Source: Tubiluchus corallicola
Lineage: Eukaryota > Animalia > Priapulida
Length of the DNA stretch: 64,000 nt
Direction of reading: 5' to 3'
Assembly: GCA_030141605.1 (NCBI GenBank)
Contig: JAQGDQ010000897.1
Coordinates: 1-64,000, forward strand
Shown piece after piece: positions 11,388 through 64,000 of this stretch. Position 1 is the first letter of the stretch, and every line of letters starts with the position of its first letter. Under the pieces are notes generated by a model. It was not told the origin of the DNA, did not search any database, and worked only from the letters and a program-made list of their open reading frames with translations. The translations under genes were made by a program, and so were the position numbers.

Positions 11388-14234
11388 CTCAGTGATGAAG
11401 AATTTAGTGCAGCAGAGAACTGAGTCACATGCATATAGGTTACCGAAAGGTCATTGTTACCTAGTCTTTCCATGAACCCTGAGAAAATACTAATTGAGAT
11501 ATGAGGCCTATTTCTACTTAGGCCTGCCTGTGTTACATCCAACGCCGGTTTCCCTATAAGGACACATTCTCACTGTACAAATCGGATTCATGTGAACACA
11601 CCTTTGTTCACGCCGTGTGAAAGACTTACCGAGGTTAATTATACATAATCCTGACATTGTAAAAGTAAAAATAATTTATCTTCGCTAATATTTCTACCGA
11701 ATGCACGGCACCGAGCAGTCATATATTAACCCACGGCTGAAGGTTAATTAGGATTAACAAATTTCAGCTAATTGCTTTCTATTACGGCGTGCATTTCTCG
11801 CGAGACTCCTGGCGATCAATTAGGGCTGATGTGGCGTAGGTTCGTCGGTTAGCACGGTTACGTAATCTAGTTAGCTCGTGAGTGAAAGCTTATCCGTGTA
11901 GATTATAAGTTAATCACTTCGCTATTTGCGTATTTAGTGGGCGGTTAACTCTTTACTAGTTTTTAGCATAGGCCCTATCATGTTCAGCGTAGGAGGTACC
12001 AAGGATTTACTTATTCACAATGTTACTTCACACATGCACAATACAATTTTATGGAAGTTCACAGTCTAAAGTAAAATTTTATATATAATTACTTCCTATA
12101 TCTCACTTGCTTGCTTCCTTTTTTAGTTACTTTTGTACTGCTATCTTACTTTTTACATACACACTTACTTACCTACCTACTTATATTTACTGAGTCCTTA
12201 CGTATTTGTACGGTTTTTGCAATATTCTGTTTTGTTGCAGTGATTCGAGTAGGCCATTAACAAGAGTAGGCTGCTACTCTGGTGCTCATTATAATAATTA
12301 GAATAGAAAAGTTAATGAAAACTTTCATTTACTCGTTCTCATCTTAATAGATGGCACAGTATCACGTTGTTGACTTATTATTAGCACATTTACGGGATTA
12401 GTGCTGCCATCTACCAAAGTTATCAGCGAACTAGCAAAAATAGTTTGTTAAAGCGGTAGGAGGTTAAATGCGAGAAAGTAATTCAGCAGTTTTACAACAA
12501 AGGAAAATAATTTACTCAAAGGGATTATTCCTACAAGACTTGGCGGCTTTGTTAATTAAGAATTAATCAGTTTTGTAACAAGTGGAGGTGGTAGTTTCGC
12601 TTGGCACTGTGCCAAACTCTGAGAGGAGTCAGCACCCGAAGTAAACGACTCCCCGGGGTAAAACAATAAACATTTATTGTGATTATACTGTGACAATAGC
12701 TGTTATTTTCATTAGCTTTGATTAATTACATTTCAAAATTCTTATTAGTTGAAGTGCAATTTGCCCTTATGGTAACTTTCATTTTAAAAATTCTAAAACT
12801 TAAAATAAAAACTTAGAATGTTATTGCACATGCCTTATAATATTATGTTTATATGCTTACCCGTTTAAAAAACTACTCGAGAATCTAATTAAATTTTAAA
12901 ATTGTTTTAAAATGTCATATCGTAAGTAATTTGGACAAATAGCTTTTATCGAAGTTTTGATTTTAGCTAGTAAAAAATGTCTACGATTTTATATCTTTAG
13001 CGTTCAATAAACTTGTGCTCGCTGACAATAAATTCCACTTTTAAATTATCTTCTCGTTGGCTATGTTTGAAACAATGGCTGATCACGTGACCTGTTTATA
13101 CGCCCAATGCTCCACTACCGCACGATGACGGTTATAGGATGTCAGAATTAAGAACAGATTTTGATCTACGCTATAAATCATGTTTTATTTAAGATATAAA
13201 ACGTAAGATGAAAGATTAAATGACGTTTTGCAAAAATTTCAGCGCAAAGTTTATAAAGTTTTTCGTTGTTTTATTTTATTCTAATGTCACGTGACGTATG
13301 CAGCCGGATCCATATTAGCTGCACCTTCAAACTAACCGTGGGCTATGCTAGAGTAACACTCGGGTGACTTTATCTAAGGTATCCTATTTCAGCAATTTTG
13401 CCACTTTCAGCGACTTTAGCTTTTGCTGGTTTCTTGTGATGCGTTCAATTCAATTTGCTGTAATCACAAACTTCACGAGAACTTTTACACCTGCAGAAAC
13501 CATAAGCCTGCCATTTTACTTCCGATCAAACCACAGATATTATTACAACGCATAGACACGCGGTTTACTCAACAGATGTTTATTCAAAGCACCATTGAAA
13601 ACTCTCTCTGAACAAATGCAAATCTCTGGAAGCTAGCAATATGGTGACTCAAACAAATACATCAGCACCATCCTAAGTTTTTTCACACAAAAATCTCACT
13701 AAAATACCTTGTTACTAGGACCTTAAATTTACTTAAATTAATAACACTAGTGCCTTGTGTGTACTGAGAACAATTTTAAGTGTTTTATGCAGCTTGCAAA
13801 CTGAAATCCGGCAGTCAACGACACTTACTTAATGTACTTAAAGTCTGCTTACTTAATATATAACTATTCACAGCATCTAGAATCTAGCTCACTAAGGATA
13901 ATCCAGTTAATTCTTTAAGATGGGATGCTCAACAGGCACACATATCTTAGCTCTCCCTGAATGAGGGAAATGACCAGAAACATGAGGTTATCCATCCACT
14001 AGGTCCAGTGTTGTTTAACTTTGACCTTATTTTGCTGAATGAAATCAGAATGCTACAATATGAAAATGCATATTTTGTTACTCACAGTTACGTTTGAGTA
14101 TGTACTTTTGTAATTTCTTCACTCACCGTGAATGAGTCTAAACAAGTCTTGGCACAGTTCCAAAAAAATTGAAATCTTCTTTGTTTTTTAACATCTCATT
14201 ATTTTCTTCATTTCTTTATTTTATTGTTTCCTAG

Positions 14235-14405
14235 CAACAAGGGGAGCTTTGTCATACGAGGTCGAGTTCACAGCATATGGTAGCTTTAGTAACTTTACAG
14301 TGCGACGTGGGTTTAGAATGCAGAGACATCTATGGACCACCGGGATTTGGACGATGTACGCCAGCCTCACCCAACTCACTTTCATCATTGCAGCACCTCT
14401 TTTGA
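14235..14405 (+). CDS. Single IGF-binding-domain protein, exon 2 (terminal)
   Basis: Long pyrimidine tract plus ctag| acceptor; phase-0 translation QQGELCHTRSSSQHMVALVTLQCDVGLECRDIYGPPGFGRCTPASPNSLSSLQHLF* completes the IGFBP pattern CAK-xxGExC...CxxGLxC...GxC. Not in the ORF track. Confidence 0.82.
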   Translation, partial: QQGELCHTRSSSQHMVALVTLQCDVGLECRDIYGPPGFGRCTPASPNSLSSLQHLF

Positions 14406-14451
14406 AAACAAAAGTAAGACCACCAAATAGAGCTCTGCAGTCTGCTAATGA

Positions 14452-14984
14452 TAGGGTTACCATATTATCTGAGTTGAAAAAGAGGACACGGGTACTTGGC
14501 CTTCATTTCACCTGTAAATGCACACTGTCGTTTCGGCATAGCTACTTTCTAATTAAGTTTTACCAGTTGCTCAAAACTGCAAAACAGCAAAACTATACAA
14601 ATTTAAAGAAATTCACATAAAAACAAACAAAATAGCTCCCGGAAGCTGACGTCATTTTAAGTCGTTAGTGAATACGTCGAGTATCGACAGTGGTGTGAGT
14701 CGCGTGACCCATAGTGATGTGCGCATCGCTTACTTTTGTTCAGTAAATATGTACACAAAGCTTTTACAAGCGTTGCATTTTGAGGTGTTAGCAACATCTG
14801 GTATTGAAAATTAACGAGCTTTTCTTTGTCTCGTACTGTCGTACGCCTCCGCAGTTGGCAATGTCCGTACATACTTACGGATTGAGGCAAAATCCGGACA
14901 AATTGCCAATTTTTTGAAAACCTGTCCGGACAGAGGCCCAAAAAGAGGACGTGTCCGGGGAAACCCCGACCTATGGTAACCCTA
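14452..14984. mobile_element. hAT-family MITE inserted 46 bp after the SIBD stop codon
   Basis: TIRs TAGGGTTACCATA / TATGGTAACCCTA; perfect 8-bp TSD GCTAATGA (14444-14451 and 14985-14992). Confidence 0.9.
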
Positions 14985-15351
14985 GCTAATGATGCACTGA
15001 TTGTTGTATGGCACGTGTTACATGTGATTTTGTCTAAACATGAAAAAATTTTGTTTGGACAGAATACAGTGACACTTGTAAATTTAATTTAAATGTTAAG
15101 CAGAAGCACATTCTTATTCACAGATGCAGCAGAACGTAATAAATCTTTTCACAGTTCCAGCGATTGATGATGATCATGAAAAGGTCAAAAGTTAAGTGTA
15201 CCAGACAACTGATTTGTGTACACTTGACAACGCCTCACAGCCCATGTTATTGTAATAGTAACAGTTTTAACAGCTAGCTAGAACCTTACCTAGTTCATTT
15301 TTTTGTTCCCAAGCAAGATCCTGCTAGTAAATCACTCTACAAACAGACTAA

Positions 15352-15556
15352 AGTGGTATTTACGTAGCATGCGGATGCGGGTGCATTTTGGGAGGTATGG
15401 AATAGATAAAATAGGTTTATATTGTTTTCAATGCACCCGTTTATGCAGCCTGCGTACGCATTGTTCCTTTTCTGTGGCTGTTCCTTTTGATTTTTTCTGC
15501 AGGCTGTTTCACAGGTGGAAAATGCATCCGCATCTGCATGCTACATAAACGCCACC
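15352..15556. mobile_element. PIF/Harbinger-like MITE
   Basis: TIRs agtggtatttacgtagcatgc / gcatgctacataaacgccacc flanked by TAA on both sides. Confidence 0.65.
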
Positions 15557-15992
15557 TAATGCATAATTAACTAAACTTCACGTATTTAACTGAACTGATG
15601 TTACTAAACTGATGCGGGGACGACTTTGCTTTACCCACTCATCATATGACAGTTGTAGCTAATATGCAATGTTGTGGTGTATTTAATCTTTGACCTACAA
15701 CAACTGCGCGTGTGCACAACGAAAAGGCTTACTGGAACAGGTCTAACCAAATCAGTGCTGTAACAGCAGTGGCAAGTACCGCGCACCAATCTTGCTTTGT
15801 TAATACTGTCACATAGCACCATTTGACAATGTTCATTCAAACTGTTTTCTAACTCTGCTAAACAATATATTGTTGGGTTTTATTCCCTGACTTGGTATAG
15901 CTCTACAAAGCCAGCATTTCCTCGTACAAAAATTCGCCTCTAGATATATTTTATCAAATTTTGGAAAAGTTATCAACATTAAACATCAACTC

Positions 15993-18900
15993 AGACATAG
16001 ACATAGACATAGAACATTTATTTTCTCCAATTTGTTTGACATGACAAGTTTTTTAAATATTACTTAATTATAGTCGTGGAGCAGGGCAGGGAAGGACCAT
16101 AGGGTCATCTAGTCTCCTGCCCTGTCTTATAATTAAATTAGTATATTAAAAATAAATGGTGATGCTGCAGATAACAAAAACAAATAAGAAAAAATAATAA
16201 TAAAAAAACAGTATAAATGAAAACAGTATAAGTGAAAACAAAAATAATAAAGTTAGATGATACCTGCTCTAGATGATACCTAGATAAAATCTAAACAAAA
16301 CAATACAATTAATCAGTAATTTTGATTATTATATATATTTTCAAATAGGGGCCTTATTGACAGGGGAATTTGATCAAGGTTAGTGAGTAAAGTTAAAAAA
16401 CTGAGAGTATGGAGAGATAAAATAAGTATCAAAAAAGTGTAATATAGAAAATTTAAGAGAAAAAGTAAGTATAAGAAAGAGCAACAATTACTTAGGAGAT
16501 GAGAAAAAAAACACTTGATAGCTTGCTTATTAGTCTTACAAGTTATGTATTACAGGTATATTCATTTAGTAAGAATTTTGTGTATTTTTTGGAAGCAGAA
16601 AATAAGCTACCGCCAAAGGTATCTTTTGGCAACGAGTTCCATAATTTAGCTCCTCGTGATTTTAAGCTATTGAAACCATGTCGGGTAAAAAATCTCTCCA
16701 CAAAATACTGTTCATTAGAAGCAGCTCTTGTGGAGTAGGAATGTATATCAGAAACATTAGTGAAATATTCACTAAAAAGTTCGGGTAATAAACCAGCATT
16801 GAATTTATACATAAATTTGAACAACTCAAGATTGTAAATATCTCTTACTTTTAAAATTTGTAATTTTACGAACGATGGTGTAGCATGATCATATTTGCGA
16901 GCAAAAGTTATTAATTTTACTATTTTGTTTTGTTGTGTCTGTATTAATTTTTGAATTGATGCAAAAGCCGTACCCCATGTTAAGATGGAATATTGTAAAT
17001 AAGGGAAAACTAACGAATTATACAGAAGTCTACAGAATACGTTACGTTACAGAATATATTGGGCAATGTGGTGCCTTACTTTTAAAATTATTCCGGTAAT
17101 TCGACTTAATTTGTATGTTATGTGTTTTGTATGTGGTTCCCATGTTAATTTGTTATCAATGAGTAGGCCCAAGTATTTGATGTTGTCTGTTTCTTCAATT
17201 TTGTGTTTGTTTATTATAATATGAAATTTTGGATTATTAGCATTGTTAATTTGCTTATTGTTGATTATCATAAATTTGGTTTTTTTGTAGTTAATTGATA
17301 GCTGGTTTGCCCTCATCCACAGGTCTATTTTTTCATTTCGTCATTAACAGATTTTTGCAGATTATTTATATTGGAGTCAGACATGAACAAATTAGTGTCA
17401 TCGGCAAATATTCGGGTTCGAAAGTTGCTGCATGTGGGAAGATCGTTAATATAAATTAAGAATAGAAGGGGTCCTAAATTAGAGCCTTGTGGCACTCCAC
17501 ACGATATGTGTTTATAGTCTGATGATACATTGTTAACAGATATGAATTGTTTTCTGTTAGTTAGATATGACTCAATTAGTTGCAAAGGTAGACCTCTGAT
17601 GCCACAATGGTTTAATTTGGCTATTAGTATACTATGCTGTACGATATCAAAAGCTTTTAAATCTAAAAATATTCCGCAATTCAGTAACTTTTTGTCAGTG
17701 TCTAGAGAGATCCTGTCTATTAATTCGGATACAGCAAGGGCAGTTGAATAATTTTTTCTGAAACCAAATTGGTATTTACTTAGGATATTACTTTTCACAA
17801 CAAACTGGTATAATCTCTTGTAAATTAGCCTCTCAAAAACTTTTGATACTGGTGATAAGAGAGATATTGGTCTGTAATTGCCAGGTTCATGTGGAGAGCC
17901 AGTTTTATATAAAGGAATAACTTTTGCTATTTTTAATATATTTGGAAAAGTTCCAGCATTAACCGATTTATTAAATAGTAATGTGAGTATTGGTGAAATA
18001 ATTTGACTTGCAGATTTAAAAAAAGATATTGGTATATTTTGTGGTCCTGGTGATTTGTTTGAATTAAGTGTGTTTAAAAGTGTGCATGTTTCATTTTCAG
18101 TAATAGGATTAATGAAAAAAGAATTTGGGTTAGGGTTTTTTAAAAAGTCAGTAAAATTAACGTTAGGTTTAGGTATTTTGGCAGCCATGTCAGGTCCTAT
18201 ATTTACAAGAAACTCATTTAGTTTACTGGCAATATCATATGTATCTGTATAGTCCACATTATTTATTGTTAACTTACTTGGTGTTTGTCGTGTTTTTGGA
18301 TCAGTTTTTATAATACTGTTTATTGTTTCCCAAGTTTTTTTCATGTTATTCTTGTGTTTTTGCAATGTTTCAGTGTAATATTGTTTTTTTGATGATTCTT
18401 TGACATGATTTAATTTATTTGAGTAGGATTTGTAGTAGATTTGTTTGTATAAATTATTTGAGAGTTTGTGTGATTTGTAAAGACGTGATCTGGTTTTAAT
18501 ACTATTTAAAATTCCTTTAGTGATCCATGGTTTTTGAAATGTAATAGTGTCTTTCCTAGACAGAGTTTGCAAAGGAAAATGATTATTAAACACATTGAAG
18601 AGTATTTCCTTAAATTTGCTAAATCCCTCATTAGTTTCCAAGTCATCAAAATTTATTTTGGCTAATTCTAGCTGCAGGTTATTTAAAAAATTTTGTTCAG
18701 TTGAATTTTTAAAATTTCTTGTGGTGATTTTGTCGGATTTCATTTTCAGTTTAGTATGCTTTATAATTGCAAATATAGGAAGATGGTCGGCTACTTGATA
18801 AAGCAAAATTCCAGGTTTTATGTGGTTGGTGAGGTCATTTGTATAAATATGATCAATGAGTGTATTAGTGTGATGATGAGTTATTCTTGTTGGTTTAGTT

Positions 18901-19590
18901 ATAATTGGCACAAAATTATTAGAGAATAACATGTTTGTATAATTTGTCACTGAGGTTTTGCTGTCACTATGTAGTAAATTAATATTTATGTCACCGCATA
19001 TATAGCAAAATTTGTTAGTTCTGTTAATTAAGGATAATTTGCTTTCTAGTTCTTCACGAGAAATTCTTCAATGTTAGTATTTGGGTGCCTGTAGATGACT
19101 CCAAATAAAATGTTTTTGATGTTGGGTGGAGTTTCTATTTCGATCCACATATTCTCCAGTTGCATACGGTTTGTGGAGCCATTTTTAGTCTGAGTTGTGT
19201 ATTTTGTATTTAGGCATTTCTGAAAAAATTACAGAGTTTCTGATATACAATCCCACACCACCTGCATTGGTTGTAGAATCGTCACGAATAAATTGATACC
19301 CAGGTAAGGGTGTGAGAAAAATATGATCTTTTTTTAAACGGGTTTCACTTAATGCTATAATGTCAGGAGGGTTTTGAAAGTGTAAAAGAACGTCTAACAT
19401 ACTAGTGTAATTTTTGTTTATAGTACTGACATTAAAATGCACAAAAGTGAAATCCGTACTGGTATTTGCTAAGTCATCTTGACTAGATAGAGTTGACAGT
19501 TTATAATAATTACTTTCTTGATAAGGAAGAAAGTTATCAGGATCATTATTATTAGTGGAAAAGTTAGTAAAAGTAGAAAACTCACGCAAA
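15993..19590 (-). mobile_element. Non-LTR retrotransposon (CR1/L2-group, Crack/L2-like): near-complete but disrupted ORF2 (APE endonuclease + RT), no ORF1
   Basis: APE motifs (HFNV, ALSETRL, GGVGLYI, CGDINI, PTRI, LIDHIYTN, DHLPI) and RT motifs (NYRPISLL, QFGFR, FLDLKAFD, GVPQGSNLGPLLFLIYINDL, FADD, YLGLLIDNKLTW) split over several ORFs by frameshifts and stops; 3' UTR ends AATAAA followed by (ATGTCT)n. Confidence 0.93.
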
Positions 19591-20113
19591 GAAGAGATAA
19601 GATTAGTTTATTTTTTACAAAACAACATTTCAGTGATACACGAATGCTTAAAAATGGTTGGTAAATACACCAGTTCTTTATCTATCGTGCTCTTTATATT
19701 GCAAAGGGTTACGAAAAATTTGTTTGTATACTGCCTATTAGCAAAATGAGCAAAACGATTCATTTTTAGTTAAAAACGAGATGGCGACAGTATAAGCTAC
19801 AAATACAAGCAAGATTGTGGAACAGCATAAATATGATAAATAAATGTAACATCTAAAAAGGATTTGACTAATTTCTTGTTACAATAACATTAGGTTTACA
19901 TAATTTTACTGATCTGCTGATAGCGTTACACTCTATTCATAACTAAAATATTTTATATAACTTAAATTTAGCAAGAAAAATCCTAGTAGAAATAGAAGTT
20001 ACTTGCTGGATGATACATTAAACTAAATTCACAGAAAACATGGCTGCTAATTCATTGAAACAAACTCTGTCAACAGTTCTCTCTCTCTCTCTGTTGAGTA
20101 AACAGTTGCTCTT

Positions 20114-62785
<42,672 letters not shown>

Positions 62786-64000
62786 CTAAATACAAAATTA
62801 CAAATGAAAAAATACATGCACTAAATCCGTGGTATGCAAATAATTTAATTAAGCTGAATCAGATTAAATTAAATTTTTAAATGTGGTTTGATATGTGCTA
62901 TACATCACAAGTTAACACATGTGTTGCAGGTGCAAATGTTTTGGTCCATTACCTCTTCTCAAGCTAGTATATGCATTAGAAGCCACAATATATTAGACTG
63001 TAGTTCAACAAGCTAGACTACTTTTTCTACTCTGACATTGTATAGGTGGAACTTGTCATGTACGCACGTCTCTGTTACATTTAAAATTTGACTTATAATT
63101 ATACTGCTACCTTTTACTGACATTCTGGCTTTTTCTCGACTCAATATTGGACCAACAATGTATGTATGCATTTTAGCTTTTCAGTGTAACGTAGTAATCT
63201 GTAGCACTTATTTTCTAGCACTTATTTCAGTAGTTTTGTAGATGTAGTAATTGTAGACTAGAGAAAATTTGTATTTTTGAATAAACTAACATAGATATGG
63301 GAACGCAACTTTGGTTTGAGCGTATACATTACAACATGAACAAGGGCAAAAACAACAACAAAGTTTTTTAATCATGTTATTGCCTCTGTAACTAACTTAC
63401 GCTTTCACAAAATTCACTTTCTTTGACCACAAAGTTTCTCACAAACTCGTGAATGGATTTGAAATAAGTTTTATGGAGATGTTAGTAATTCAACAAGAAA
63501 GAATAAAAGAGATTTTTGTGAAAAGAAGAAGAACAAGGGAAAGAAATTTGGAGCAACTCAAGCTTCAACACACAAGGACTAGTGAGGATGGCAAACGTAT
63601 CACTCGGAGTTTCTCGTCCAGTACATGACCATTGACCAGATGCTAGATTAACTCCTTCAGGACCGCACTATTCAAAATAGGTCTTACAAGACCTATGACT
63701 TTTCTACTACTGTATGAGCACAGACATAACTAAATGATTACAAATTAGGTACTGTTCTATTCAGGAGAATCACGGCTATCCAATCATGCTATTTGTTTAA
63801 CATTTATAAGCGATTTAATTAGATAAATTAAGAAACAGACGCCCTTTTCAAGTACTTTAACTAAGCCTATTGAGTAGCTTAGTCTGCTGTACACTTGCGT
63901 GATCGTACACACTGTTTTATTGATCGCCTGCTTGCTACAGCTCAAGAGAACCATTTGCTGTACAGAGTTCCAGGAAAAACTAATCGATTAGCCAAGAGGA

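Noticed and set aside
11386-11426. C/D box snoRNA (GTGATGA...CTGA with terminal stem)
   Set aside because: Only about 40 nt, too short; the sister copy lacks the C box; explained by the loop duplication.
14249-14620. 123-aa ORF listed in the track
   Set aside because: Wrong frame over the SIBD exon 2 and runs into a MITE.

Overview
Eukaryotic (invertebrate, probably arthropod) genomic DNA: AT-rich, with GT-AG spliced genes and many repeats. Three protein-coding genes can be reconstructed by hand. (1) The last coding exon of an exostosin-1/tout-velu gene (+, 887-1232). (2) A complete two-exon gene (+, 9254-9436 and 14235-14405) for a 117-aa secreted single IGF-binding-domain (SIBD/IGFBP-N-like) protein that the ORF track misses; it lacks exactly one canonical disulfide pair (C3 and C7). 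(3) The 3' 21 exons (about 1003 codons, all splice phases consistent) of a hemocytin/hemolectin-type VWF-family gene on the - strand (62785 to 20114; TIL-VWD-C8-TIL-VWC/Cys-rich modules-CTCK). Mobile DNA includes a degraded APE-RT LINE, a 5S-rRNA-headed SINE with an 11-bp TSD, a tRNA-derived SINE, an internally deleted Tc1 element whose GRPRK linker is tandemly amplified in frame, two copies of a satellite-carrying foldback-like element, and several hAT/pogo/PIF-like MITEs. About 15 unrelated mini- and microsatellites account for most long ORFs in the track. No CRISPR or prokaryotic system is present. Family assignments come from remembered motifs and need database confirmation.
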